The notes under the pieces were generated by a model. The model did not search any database and was not told the origin of the DNA. It saw nothing but the letters and a program-made list of their open reading frames with translations. A stretch of 64,000 nucleotides of DNA, from the NCBI RefSeq assembly GCF_002087085.1, contig NZ_MWQY01000015.1:1-64000 (forward strand). The letters run 5' to 3'. A program made the position numbers and the translations under genes. Position 1 is the first letter of the stretch; each line of letters begins with the position of its first letter. Below, one piece after another: positions 19,793 to 29,408 of the stretch.

Positions 19793-20860
19793 TTAAACAA
19801 TCTCCCTGATGTCGTTAAAGGGTTCAAAGGTTGTGTAGTAATGGATATTCTCAGCGGTCAGTATGTCTATGGGCATGACCACGTGATGCTCCGCAACGGG
19901 TTGCCGGTTCAAGGCGCGGAAGAGGGTCTGGATTCCAAGGTAGCCCTGGGTCTCCGGTCTCTGGCTTATCAGAAAATCTATTATCCCCCGTTCCAGATAC
20001 TCCCGGTTCCTGGGAATCAGGTCGTAGCCAATGAGGGCAATATCGGTTCTGCCGTGTTGCGAAAGGTATTCAGCGACCCGGTGAACAGATGCGTTGGCCA
20101 CGAAAAAACCGCCTATTGCGGGATTCCGTGAAAAAAGGGAGTCCAGAAAGGCAAAACAGGTATCTTTCGAGTCCAGGTGGACCTCCTCCAGGACCGGCGG
20201 CTTTTTGTCCTTCGGATAGTAGGAGCGGAAGCCTTCTTCCCGGCCTCGGATATGGTCGTCCAGGTTGACGGCCTGAATTATAACCGTCTCCATTTCCGGC
20301 GGAACAAGCATGCGCATCAGTTTTGCCGCCAGGCGGCCGCTCATGCGGGGATCCTGTCCTATGTAAGTGAGCTTGTGCATTTCCGGCAGGTCAGAATCGA
20401 AGCAGCAGAGGGGAAGATCCTCGGGCAGTTTTCGGACGAACTCTTCGGCAGGCTCCGGAAGGATAGGAGCAAGCAGGATGCCGTCGGGTGTGTCCGTCAG
20501 CAGTTCCTCAGCGGCTGTGCGGAATGAATCCGGGCTGAAGCGGTCGAAGCAGTGGAACAGCAGCTCCAGGGAGAAGGCGGAGAGCTCTTCAGCCGCGGTC
20601 TGCATGCCCCGGTGGGGAAGCTGCCAGAAGCCGGAGTCCTGGTCCGGTCCGGGGGTAAGTACGCCGATACGATAATTCCGTGACTGGGCCAGGTTACTGG
20701 CAAAGAGGTTCGGTTTAAAGCCCGTATCCCTGATTATTCCCAGTATCCTGCTTTTTGTGGCCTCCGCTACCCGCCCGCGATTGTGGAGTACCCGGTCCAC
20801 CGTTCCGATGGAAACCCCGGCGAGTCGTGCTATATCCTTGATGGTTACAGTATCGGCCAC
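19793..20860 (-). CDS. LacI family transcriptional regulator (probable arabinose repressor)
   Basis: TIKDIARLAGVSIGTVDRVLHNRG HTH plus a periplasmic-binding-protein-like domain. The promoter position supports GTG 20860. Confidence 0.92.
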   Translation of the reverse strand: MADTVTIKDIARLAGVSIGTVDRVLHNRGRVAEATKSRILGIIRDTGFKPNLFASNLAQSRNYRIGVLTPGPDQDSGFWQLPHRGMQTAAEELSAFSLELLFHCFDRFSPDSFRTAAEELLTDTPDGILLAPILPEPAEEFVRKLPEDLPLCCFDSDLPEMHKLTYIGQDPRMSGRLAAKLMRMLVPPEMETVIIQAVNLDDHIRGREEGFRSYYPKDKKPPVLEEVHLDSKDTCFAFLDSLFSRNPAIGGFFVANASVHRVAEYLSQHGRTDIALIGYDLIPRNREYLERGIIDFLISQRPETQGYLGIQTLFRALNRQPVAEHHVVMPIDILTAENIHYYTTFEPFNDIREIV

Positions 20861-20886
20861 CGGGAAATACCTGTCACTTTCGCCTG

Positions 20887-20937
20887 CGTTAACGTACACA
20901 TGATTTGTATCATAGCAGTAAGCAGGGGTGAAGTCAA
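20887..20937 (-). promoter_or_regulatory. Promoter and LacI-type operator of lacI-araDAB
   Basis: TTGACT-17-TATGAT with extended TGn (20909-20937). Imperfect CG-centred palindrome TGTGTAC|GTTAACG (20887-20900) just past the predicted start site. Confidence 0.7.
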
Positions 20938-21006
20938 TAAAAAAGGCGAGACCTGTACGGCCTCGCCTGAGTGCTGTTTCCTGTTGCTGATACAGCCTTT
21001 GAGTTT

Positions 21007-21498
21007 CTACCACCTGCTGCGGGGAGCGCGGGGATCACTGTACCCGTAACCGGGACCTCCCATCATGCCGCCTCTCCCGCCTCTGCCGCCGCGGGGGCCC
21101 CAGGCGCGGTCATCCCAGCAGGGACCGTAGGCATAGCGGCCTCCGGGACCGGGGCGGTCGATTTCGTACTCATTCCCGTCGATGACTGCCCTGGTAACGG
21201 CAATAACGGAACTGCCGGGTGCGGCAAAGCGTCCGTACCCCTGGTGTATGTATCCCTCCAGGGTGATTTCCTGACCATCGGTGATTTCGATATCATCCGC
21301 CGCCCAGGGTGGGACCATGACATAATATTCTTTGCCATCGGCTGTCAGCACCGGCGGAAAGGATGTGATTGAGATCGTCCCGGTAAGGGTCGCGGTTTCC
21401 GCGGGCTCAAAGCGGCCGGGGGCTTCCTGGGTGCCCTCGGCGATGACGGCAGCGCTCAAGGCTGCGGCAATAAAAAGAACAAGACCAATGCGTTTCAT
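21007..21498 (-). CDS. Secreted hypothetical protein with a small beta domain and Gly/Arg/Met-rich tail
   Basis: MKRIGLVLFIAAALSAAVIA signal peptide, AGGAGG SD, tail GPRGGRGGRGGMMGGPGYGY. Confidence 0.75.
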   Translation of the reverse strand: MKRIGLVLFIAAALSAAVIAEGTQEAPGRFEPAETATLTGTISITSFPPVLTADGKEYYVMVPPWAADDIEITDGQEITLEGYIHQGYGRFAAPGSSVIAVTRAVIDGNEYEIDRPGPGGRYAYGPCWDDRAWGPRGGRGGRGGMMGGPGYGYSDPRAPRSRW

Positions 21499-21720
21499 AT
21501 ATCCTCCTGATATCGGCTGCCTGGTGCAGCCCTTTTGTTTACATGCCTATAGTAGAGGCAAATTATGAAGGAGTTATGAAGCAATTCCGTTTATTTTATG
21601 ATTCCGCCATTTTACCCCGAGGTGCTGTCTGCACCGCTGCAAATTTGCTACACTCAGTTCAATCGGTGCAGGGGTCATCAGCTGATCCGTGAAAACGATA
21701 AACGAAAGGAGCTGTGCGGA

Positions 21721-23100
21721 ATGGCGTATCGAGTCGAACACGATTCCATGGGAGATATTCAGGTAGAGGATTCCCGTTACTGGGGATCTCAGACCCAGCG
21801 TTCCCTGGAGAACTTCCCTATCGGAGGAGAGAGGTTTTCTGACGATTTTATCCGGGCCTATGGATGTCTCAAAAAAGCCTGTGTACTGGCGAACGCCCCC
21901 TCGGCAGTCTGGAAAAAGGAGAAGCTTGAGGCTCTTCTTGCCGCCTGTGACGAGGTTATCGCAGGGAAACTGAAGGAGCATTTTCCCCTGGTGGTCTGGC
22001 AGACAGGCAGCGGTACCCAGACCAATATGAACCTGAACGAGGTTATCGCAAACCGGGCAGCGGAACTGCTTGGAGGCAAAAAAGGACAGAAGGAACTGGT
22101 GCATCCCAACGACGATGTAAACCGTTCCCAGTCCTCCAACGATACCTTTCCGGCGGCCATGCATATTGCCGCGGTCTCCATGGTCAGAGACCGTCTGCTC
22201 CCCGCCGTCGAGCTTCTCGCTTCGGAGCTGGAGGCAAAAGCCCGGATCTGGGCCCGGCTGATCAAGGTCGGCAGGACCCATCTGCAGGATGCCGTTCCCC
22301 TGAGCCTGGGGCAGGAGTTCTCCGCTTACGTGGCGCAGCTCCGTCAGGCGGCACGCCGCATCGACCTGGCTGCCGAGGAGCTGCTGGAACTCCCCATCGG
22401 CGGGACCGCCGTGGGGACCGGACTGAATGCTCCTGCCGGTTTTGACGATGCAGTCTGCGGGGAACTCGAGAAAATCACCGGAGAAAGATATACCAGTGCG
22501 CCCAACAAGTTCGCCCTCCTCGCGGCACATGACGGCATGGCGGGACTCTCCGGAGCCCTTTCCACGCTGGCCGCAGCACTCATGAAGATTGCCAACGATA
22601 TCCGCTGGCTCGGCTCGGGGCCCCGCTGCGGTATCGGAGAGCTGATCCTTCCGGAAAACGAGCCGGGGAGTTCCATAATGCCGGGCAAGGTGAATCCCAC
22701 CCAGAACGAGGCCCTTACCATGGTATGCGCCCAGGTAATGGGAAACCACAGTACCGTCGCCTTCGCCTGTTCCCAGGGTAATTTTGAACTGAACGTGTTC
22801 AAGCCGGTTATTATACACAACCTGCTTCAGTCGATCCGGCTGCTTTCCGACGGCATGGAGAGTTTCCGGCTGCGCTGTGTGGCAGGAATCGATGTAAACA
22901 GGGAAAAGCTGGCTGAGTACCTTGAGCGTACCCTCATGGTAGTTACGGCTCTGAATCCCCATATCGGCTATGACAAGTCCGCGGCAATAGCCAAGAAAGC
23001 CTACACCGAGAACATCACCCTCAAGGAGGCCGGAATCAGCCTGGGCTTTCTCTCCTCCGAAGAATACGACCGCTGGGTTGTCCCAGAACGGATGGTGTAA
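21721..23100 (+). CDS. fumC: Class II fumarate hydratase
   Basis: [44 protein letters not shown] 21721 follows an AAGGAG SD. Confidence 0.97.
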   Translation: MAYRVEHDSMGDIQVEDSRYWGSQTQRSLENFPIGGERFSDDFIRAYGCLKKACVLANAPSAVWKKEKLEALLAACDEVIAGKLKEHFPLVVWQTGSGTQTNMNLNEVIANRAAELLGGKKGQKELVHPNDDVNRSQSSNDTFPAAMHIAAVSMVRDRLLPAVELLASELEAKARIWARLIKVGRTHLQDAVPLSLGQEFSAYVAQLRQAARRIDLAAEELLELPIGGTAVGTGLNAPAGFDDAVCGELEKITGERYTSAPNKFALLAAHDGMAGLSGALSTLAAALMKIANDIRWLGSGPRCGIGELILPENEPGSSIMPGKVNPTQNEALTMVCAQVMGNHSTVAFACSQGNFELNVFKPVIIHNLLQSIRLLSDGMESFRLRCVAGIDVNREKLAEYLERTLMVVTALNPHIGYDKSAAIAKKAYTENITLKEAGISLGFLSSEEYDRWVVPERMV

Positions 23101-23109
23101 ACAACAGCC

Positions 23110-24018
23110 ATGCACATAATGCTCGGGCAGATCTTCGCTCTGCTGACCGCGGCCTGCTGGGCCCACAACTCCATTGTCTATTCCGAAGCCGGAAAAAGGG
23201 TCGGCTCCAGAGCGGTGACCCATGTCAGGCTCTGGATAGCCCTGCCGGCAATGCTGGCGGTCCATTTTATTGTTCTCGGCAGATTCTTTCCCGCGGGATT
23301 CCAGTTCTCCGTCTACCTCTATCTGCTCCTGTCAGGATTTTTCGGTTTCTTTATCGCGGACCTGCTGATTTTCAAGGCCTTTGTGGATGCAGGGCCCCGG
23401 GAAACCCTGGTAATAATGACCCTGTCCCCGATTTTTGCAGCCCTCTTTTCGTGGGTGGTACTGGGGGAGGTTCTCAGCCCTTTACAGATCCTGGGAATAC
23501 TGGCTACCGTCGGCGGGGTCATCTGGGTCATTCTGGAAGAAGGGGCCCGGGGCAGGGGGGTTAAAAGCCCGGAGGCCTCCAGAAAACGGGTGGGCGCCCT
23601 CTTCGCCCTGGGAGGAGCTTTTACCCAGGCATTGGGGATGATGCTGGCCAAGGCGGGGCTGGTCTCGGGACTGCACCCGGTAAGCGCTAATCTTCTGCGT
23701 CTGGCGGCGGGCCTGGCGGGACTTATACTGTATGCCCTGATCAGGGGCTCCTTTGTGCGGGATTTTGCCGCCATGAAGGACCGTACGGCCCTGGGACTGA
23801 CTGCAAGCGGGGCTCTGATAGGTCCGGTTCTCGGGATTGTGCTCTCCCTTTATGCCCTCTCGTGGGCACCGGTGGGAATTGTCACAGCCCTCATGCAGAC
23901 CTCCCCCATACTGCTGCTCCCCCTGGACCATTATGTGTTTAAAAAGCGGGTCACCCCCGGGGCTCTTGCGGGTACCCTGGTTGCCGTAGGGGGGACGATC
24001 CTGCTTTTCAGTCTGTGA
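23110..24018 (+). CDS. DMT/EamA family transporter
   Basis: Two-repeat, ~10-TM pattern with LSPIFA..S...LGE. Confidence 0.88.
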   Translation: MHIMLGQIFALLTAACWAHNSIVYSEAGKRVGSRAVTHVRLWIALPAMLAVHFIVLGRFFPAGFQFSVYLYLLLSGFFGFFIADLLIFKAFVDAGPRETLVIMTLSPIFAALFSWVVLGEVLSPLQILGILATVGGVIWVILEEGARGRGVKSPEASRKRVGALFALGGAFTQALGMMLAKAGLVSGLHPVSANLLRLAAGLAGLILYALIRGSFVRDFAAMKDRTALGLTASGALIGPVLGIVLSLYALSWAPVGIVTALMQTSPILLLPLDHYVFKKRVTPGALAGTLVAVGGTILLFSL

Positions 24019-24027
24019 GTGCTCCGT

Positions 24028-24435
24028 CTAGAGAATCTGGTTGAATTCCACCCTCTCATTGTCCGGACCGAGAATCATGAAGTAGCGTATGCCCTTTGCA
24101 TGAAGGGGGAGTTCGTTGATGCCCTCCACAATTTTAAAGCCGGCTTCCTGAACCGCCTTATGGGCGGTATCGATGTCCTGTACGTCCAGGGCGATGTGAT
24201 CGATGGTTCCGGTAGAACGGTCGTTTGCGACACCGGCAGCGGGTTGATAGAGTTCGAGGCGGAAAGCCTTCATATCAAGAAAAGCTACCTGTGTGGTTGC
24301 GCCATTTTCATCAAATTCATGCCTGCGGAATACGGAAAATCCCAATCTTCGATAGAAAGCGATGGATGCTTCGATGTCCCTTACAGGAAGTCCCAGATGC
24401 TGAAATCCGCTTATGGTGTCGCTGAGCGTACTCAT
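24028..24435 (-). CDS. VOC/glyoxalase family protein
   Basis: QHLGLPVRDIE.S..FY..LGF, LELY, DHIALDV, GPDNERVEF. Confidence 0.9.
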   Translation of the reverse strand: MSTLSDTISGFQHLGLPVRDIEASIAFYRRLGFSVFRRHEFDENGATTQVAFLDMKAFRLELYQPAAGVANDRSTGTIDHIALDVQDIDTAHKAVQEAGFKIVEGINELPLHAKGIRYFMILGPDNERVEFNQIL

Positions 24436-24457
24436 TAACAAGCTCCTCTCGGTATTT

Positions 24458-27094
24458 CTACTTTAATTCCTCCAGCACATGGAGCAGTACCCCGCCGCTT
24501 CGGATAAAATCGGCTTCCACGGAGGAGTAGATCTGCAGTGCCGCCTTGAATCGGGTGGTTTTCCCTTCCGGGCTCACGGCGGTTACCTCCGCAACAGTCC
24601 CCGGTGCAAAATCCCCCAGATCTCTTATGGCGCAGGTCTCAAAACCCGTAAGTCCCAGAGAGGCTATGGTATCTCCGCCAGTAAAGGTAAGGGGAAGAAC
24701 CCCCATCCCCACAAGATTGCTGCGGTGAATGCGTTCAAAGCTCTCTGCGATTACTGCCCGTACCCCCTGGAGTCGCGGCCCCTTGGCGGCCCAGTCCCTG
24801 GAAGACCCCGTGCCGTACTCCTTACCGGCGAGGATAATCAGAGGCGTTCCCGCCGCGGCATACTCCATTGCGGCGTCGTAGATAAACTCGATTTCCCCCT
24901 TGGGGGATCGGCGGGTGTATCCGCCGGTTTTCTCCGGTACAAGCTGGTTTTTTATGCGGATGTTGCCGAAGGTCCCACGCATCATGACCTCGTGGTTTCC
25001 CCGGCGGGAGCCGTAAGAGTTAAAGTCCTTCCGGGGTATTCCCTTCTCCTGGAGATAGCGTCCCGCGGGATAGTCCGCGGCAATGGTTCCTGCCGGAGAG
25101 ATGTGGTCGGTGGTTATGGAATCGCCGAAGACCCCCAGCGCCCGGGCGTTTTCCAGTATTCCGGGATCCCCTTCGGGGCTGTCGAAAAAGAGGTCCGGCT
25201 CCCGGATGTAGGTTGATTCCGGATCCCAGGGAAAGAGTTCGCTGCTGGTGACCTTCAGGGAGCGCCACGTATCATCCCCTTTGAAGACCTCAGTGTAGCG
25301 TTTAACGTAATCTTCCCCCTTAAGGGCTGAACTGAGTACCGATTCAATCTCCCCGGAGGAGGGCCAGATCTCTTTCAGAAAAACCTCGTTACCTTCCGCA
25401 TCTTTTCCGATGGGCTCATTCATTATGTCGACGTCTACCCGCCCCGCCAGGGCATAGGCTACAACATAGAGGGGAGAACCGAGAAAGTTGAACCGGACCT
25501 TCTGATGGATCCGGGCTTCAAAATTCCGGTTTCCCGAGCTGACCGAAGCGGTCAAAAGGCCATCGTTGTCCACGGCCTCCGTAATGTAGTCGGGAAGGGG
25601 TCCTGAATTTCCAATACAGGTTGCACAGCCGAAGGCGCTCAGGGTAAATCCGATGCCCTCCAGTTCTTCAACGAGATTGGCCCTTTCAAGATAGTCGAGA
25701 ACGACCTGGGACCCGGGAGCGAGGGAGGTCTTTACCCAGGCCGGGGGCTTGAGTCCCCGGGCCCGGGCTTTTTTCGCCAGAAGTCCTGCACCCACCATTA
25801 CAAAGGGGTTCGAGGTATTGGTGCAGGAGGTAATCGAGGCGATTGCCACCGCTCCCTGGGGAATCTGTACTTCGCTTCCGTTTACCCGTACCGAAACGGC
25901 CTTTCCCGCGGAGCCCGGCGCGTTTTTTTCAAGCTCGGCGCCGAATACTTTGGGCAGATCCGAGACATCTATGCGGTCCTGGGGGCGATAGGGCCCTGCA
26001 AGGGAGGGGCGTACGCTGCCGAGGTCGAGGTGAAGAACCTTGTTGTAGAGGGGTTCAGAATCAGGAGAGAAGAACATACCCGTCTCTTTGAGGTAGGCCT
26101 CGCTTAAAACAGCCGCCTCTTCTCTGCCGGTTTCTTTGAGATAACGGATTGTTTTCTCATCCACCGGGAAAAATCCCATGGTGGCGCCGTACTCGGGGCT
26201 CATGTTTGCCACCGTAGCCCGGTCGGGCAGAGGCAGGGCGCTCATTCCGGGACCGAAGTATTCAACGAATTTACCGACAACTCCCTCTTTCCGCAGCATC
26301 TCCGTAAGGGTCAGGACCAGGTCGGAGGCGCTTACTCCCGCGGGCAGCTTGCCGGTGAGTTTTACACCGATAACCTCGGGGACCGGCATTACGTAGGCCT
26401 GTCCCAAAAGAACGGCCTCCGCTTCGATGCCCCCTACGCCCCAGCCCATGATTCCGAGACCGTCAATCATGGTGGTGTGGGAGTCCGTACCGATAACGGT
26501 ATCAGGAATCAGCGTCGGTGTACCGCCTTCGTCGTTTTCCCGGACAATCCTGCCCAGGTTCTCGAAATTGATCTGGTGGCATATGCCGGAGTTGGGAGGA
26601 ACAACCCGGAAGTTGTCCATGCTCTCCGCGGCCCATTTTAACAGGCGATAGCGTTCGCTGTTGCGGGTGTATTCCATTTCCACATTCTTCTGCAGGGCGT
26701 TTTTTCCCTGCCAGAAGTCGATCTGCACCGAGTGGTCGATAACCAGATCAACCGGAATAAGAGGGTTTATTTTCCTGGGGTCTCCGCCCCGGGCGACCAT
26801 GGCATTCCGCATGGCGGCAAGGTCGACAACCGCAGGCACGCCGGTAAAGTCCTGCATCAGGACCCTGGCGGGATAATAGGGAATATCCTGTCCCGGTTTG
26901 CTCCGGTAGGCCAGCACCTTCTGTATGTCTCCGGCGGAAGCCTTTCCCAGCTTCTCTTTCCGCAGAACGTTCTCCAGAAGTATGCGGATGGAGTAGGGGA
27001 GGGACTCGTGTCCCTCCGTAATATCAGCCCTGGATACATCAAAAATTCGATATGTTTTTCCGTCTACTGTAAGGTTTCGTTCAGTCATTGCCAT
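24458..27094 (-). CDS. acnA: Aconitate hydratase A
   Basis: QDFTGVP, DHSVQ, GTDSHT, ITSCTNTSNP, GCATCIGNSG, TTDHISPAG, GSSRDWAAKG. Start at ATG 27094 (or 27088). Confidence 0.97.
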   Translation of the reverse strand: MAMTERNLTVDGKTYRIFDVSRADITEGHESLPYSIRILLENVLRKEKLGKASAGDIQKVLAYRSKPGQDIPYYPARVLMQDFTGVPAVVDLAAMRNAMVARGGDPRKINPLIPVDLVIDHSVQIDFWQGKNALQKNVEMEYTRNSERYRLLKWAAESMDNFRVVPPNSGICHQINFENLGRIVRENDEGGTPTLIPDTVIGTDSHTTMIDGLGIMGWGVGGIEAEAVLLGQAYVMPVPEVIGVKLTGKLPAGVSASDLVLTLTEMLRKEGVVGKFVEYFGPGMSALPLPDRATVANMSPEYGATMGFFPVDEKTIRYLKETGREEAAVLSEAYLKETGMFFSPDSEPLYNKVLHLDLGSVRPSLAGPYRPQDRIDVSDLPKVFGAELEKNAPGSAGKAVSVRVNGSEVQIPQGAVAIASITSCTNTSNPFVMVGAGLLAKKARARGLKPPAWVKTSLAPGSQVVLDYLERANLVEELEGIGFTLSAFGCATCIGNSGPLPDYITEAVDNDGLLTASVSSGNRNFEARIHQKVRFNFLGSPLYVVAYALAGRVDVDIMNEPIGKDAEGNEVFLKEIWPSSGEIESVLSSALKGEDYVKRYTEVFKGDDTWRSLKVTSSELFPWDPESTYIREPDLFFDSPEGDPGILENARALGVFGDSITTDHISPAGTIAADYPAGRYLQEKGIPRKDFNSYGSRRGNHEVMMRGTFGNIRIKNQLVPEKTGGYTRRSPKGEIEFIYDAAMEYAAAGTPLIILAGKEYGTGSSRDWAAKGPRLQGVRAVIAESFERIHRSNLVGMGVLPLTFTGGDTIASLGLTGFETCAIRDLGDFAPGTVAEVTAVSPEGKTTRFKAALQIYSSVEADFIRSGGVLLHVLEELK

Positions 27095-27177
27095 TAGCCT
27101 TCCCTTATCTGGTTGTAGCGGTAAAAGTATAAAGGAAGAAGCTGAAAATAAACAGGGGGAAGGCTTTGGCTTTGCTG

Positions 27178-28506
27178 TCAAGTCCGGAGAAGGTCCCTGA
27201 TATGTACCGGTTTTCCCGTGGCAAAGGACCTGTTGGCCGCAATCCCCACCATTATGGAATTGACTCCGTCCTCCAGTCCGGCGGCTGTTTTTAAGGGGTC
27301 CTCCCTGCCTGGTTTAAACACGTCCTCCAGCAGAAGACCGTCACCGCCGCCGTGCCCCCCCTTGCCTTCGGTCCAGGTAATGGCTTCCCGTTCGCCCCAG
27401 ATCTGCTGCAGGCTTATGGATGCCTCGCTCTCGCCGCTTCTGCCGGTTACCGCCCCGTCTTCCCTCATGTTGTAGTCCGGATCGTTCTGGTCAATGGTGG
27501 AGCCCGATACGTAGGGCCGCTCGACAATCCGTACCTCGATGCGTCCCTTTGTTCCGTTGAAGCTGACATTGTAGCCTTCCATGGGACAGAAGGCGTTCAG
27601 GGAGTAGGTCATAACCGCCTTGTTCCGGTATTTGACCATGACGCTCATGCTGTCCTCGATGGAGATATTGTGACCGAAAACCGACTGGTCCCGTATGTAA
27701 CCGTCCTCGTGTTCCGCCTCCAGATAGAGGCCCTTCATCAGCTCATTTCCCGACATGTCCAGGGCAAAGGGATCCACGGCAGCTACCGGATTCTCCCTGC
27801 ATCGTTCATAGAACTCCGTTACCCCCCGCTGTTCGGCGTTTTCTCGTCCATAAAAGGCCAGGCGGCCCATGGCGAAAACGCTTTCCGCCTCGCTGTCCAG
27901 CCACCAGTTGACCAGGTCGAAGTGGTGAGTGGATTTGTGGACCATGAGGCCGCCGGAGTTGTTCTTGTCCCGATGCCAGCGCCGGAAGTAGTCGGCGCCG
28001 TGCCGGGTATCCAGCATCCACTCGAAGTGGACGGAAACCACATCGCCGATGGCACCGGAGTTGATCAGCTCCTTGATGCGGGTATTCCGGGGACTGTATC
28101 GGTAATTGAAGGTAACGCTTATCTTTTTGCTGTATTTTTCCCTGGCATCAAGGATGGCCCGGCATTTTTCGTCGTCCGTTGTGAGGGGTTTCTCGGTAAC
28201 CACGTCGCAGCCCAGCTCCATGGCGGCGATTATGTAGCGGTGATGGGTCCGGTCCCAGGTGAGGACAATCACCGTATCGGGTTTTTCCTCCTGTACCATC
28301 CGACGGAACTCCTCCGCCCTGTAGGTGGGGACCGGCGCATGCCTGAACTTTTCGCGGAGCCTCCGGTTCATAAAATCCATGCGGGTCTGATTGATGTCGC
28401 AAAAAGCGACCAGTTCGGCGGTATCGCTGAAATTCCCGGCAATGGCGTCTATGTACATCCGGCTGCGGCTTCCGGTGCCCACAAGGGCGTATCGTTTTCT
28501 GTTCAT
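27178..28506 (-). CDS. Gfo/Idh/MocA family oxidoreductase (YteT-like)
   Basis: VGTGSR, TEKP, FNYRYSP, HGADYFRRWH, HKSTHHFD, GHGGGD. Confidence 0.9.
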   Translation of the reverse strand: MNRKRYALVGTGSRSRMYIDAIAGNFSDTAELVAFCDINQTRMDFMNRRLREKFRHAPVPTYRAEEFRRMVQEEKPDTVIVLTWDRTHHRYIIAAMELGCDVVTEKPLTTDDEKCRAILDAREKYSKKISVTFNYRYSPRNTRIKELINSGAIGDVVSVHFEWMLDTRHGADYFRRWHRDKNNSGGLMVHKSTHHFDLVNWWLDSEAESVFAMGRLAFYGRENAEQRGVTEFYERCRENPVAAVDPFALDMSGNELMKGLYLEAEHEDGYIRDQSVFGHNISIEDSMSVMVKYRNKAVMTYSLNAFCPMEGYNVSFNGTKGRIEVRIVERPYVSGSTIDQNDPDYNMREDGAVTGRSGESEASISLQQIWGEREAITWTEGKGGHGGGDGLLLEDVFKPGREDPLKTAAGLEDGVNSIMVGIAANRSFATGKPVHIRDLLRT

Positions 28507-28558
28507 ACTGTCTCCTTTACTATTCCCGCGTTATTGTAGAGGAGCTGTCCTTTGACCG

Positions 28559-28591
28559 CTGTGCCCGATCAATGATAAACTGTGCAGAATC
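28559..28591. promoter_or_regulatory. Tandem AraC-type binding sites between the oxidoreductase and its divergent regulator
   Basis: CTGTGCnnnATC at 28559 and 28580 (21-bp period). The first copy overlaps the poor -35 of a TACAAT promoter on the - strand. Confidence 0.5.
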
Positions 28592-28595
28592 GCTC

Positions 28596-29408
28596 ATGAT
28601 TGTTTATTGCAACAAAGGATTGAGACAGTACGATTCCTATCCGGAACGGGTCCGAAGGCGGAGGGTCTGGGAGTTCCAGGCGGTGCTGAGGGGTAAAATC
28701 CGTCCCCTGTTTGCCTCGGGAGCGGAAGAAGCCTCCTCGGATACCCTCTGGGTATTCGGGCCGGATAATCTCCACGGCTGGAGGGGCAGCGGCAGGAACG
28801 ATGAGGCGGAGATTGCCGTCTTTCACTACGATATCGTTCCCAGGGAGCTGGAGCAGTACTGCCGCAGGGACGGCTGGATTTCAGTCCCCCTGGAAAATGA
28901 CGAGCCGTCATGGCTCCGGGAGAACGTCAGTCAGGCCTGGGAGCACTTTTTTAATCCCCTCAAAATAACACCGGTCTATTTCCAGCATCTGCTTCTGGAG
29001 CTGAGCCTCTTTGTTCTGGGTAAAGCTGAGGATTTCCTGCTCCCCGATGAACGGCCTCAAGCTGCGAGAATTGTCGCCAGGGCCAGGAGCATCTATGATT
29101 CCCGGATGGAGTACGGCATCGGTACGGAACAGGTCGCCCGGGAGAGCGGTGTAAGCGTCAGTCACCTGCGGCGTCTGTTTCAGCAGCAGGAAGGAAAAAG
29201 TCCCGCTGCGGTTTTCACGGAGATGAGGGTACAACGGGCCCTGGAACTCCTGGTCCGGACCAATATACCCGTAACCGAAATAGCCCTGACCTGCGGGTTT
29301 TCTTCCCATAGCGCCTTCAGCCGTACCTTTCACCGGCAGACCGGCTTGAGCCCCCGGCAGGCCCGGAAGGAGGGCGCCAAAAAAACCCTCAAGGGCGAAG
29401 TAAACTAA
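28596..29408 (+). CDS. AraC family transcriptional regulator
   Basis: Cupin-like N-terminus (WEFQAV, HGW) and C-terminal VS.SHLRRLF...EIA..CGFSS.S.FSR.F. Start is 28596 or 28572. Confidence 0.9.
   Translation: MIVYCNKGLRQYDSYPERVRRRRVWEFQAVLRGKIRPLFASGAEEASSDTLWVFGPDNLHGWRGSGRNDEAEIAVFHYDIVPRELEQYCRRDGWISVPLENDEPSWLRENVSQAWEHFFNPLKITPVYFQHLLLELSLFVLGKAEDFLLPDERPQAARIVARARSIYDSRMEYGIGTEQVARESGVSVSHLRRLFQQQEGKSPAAVFTEMRVQRALELLVRTNIPVTEIALTCGFSSHSAFSRTFHRQTGLSPRQARKEGAKKTLKGEVN

Noticed and set aside
21574..23265. 563-aa ORF antisense to fumC, and similar long shadow ORFs (18702-19796, 27352-28539, 45674-46846, 56885-57928, 59892-60953)
   Set aside because: They mirror well-conserved genes on the opposite strand, as expected from GC-rich codon bias, and show no motifs.
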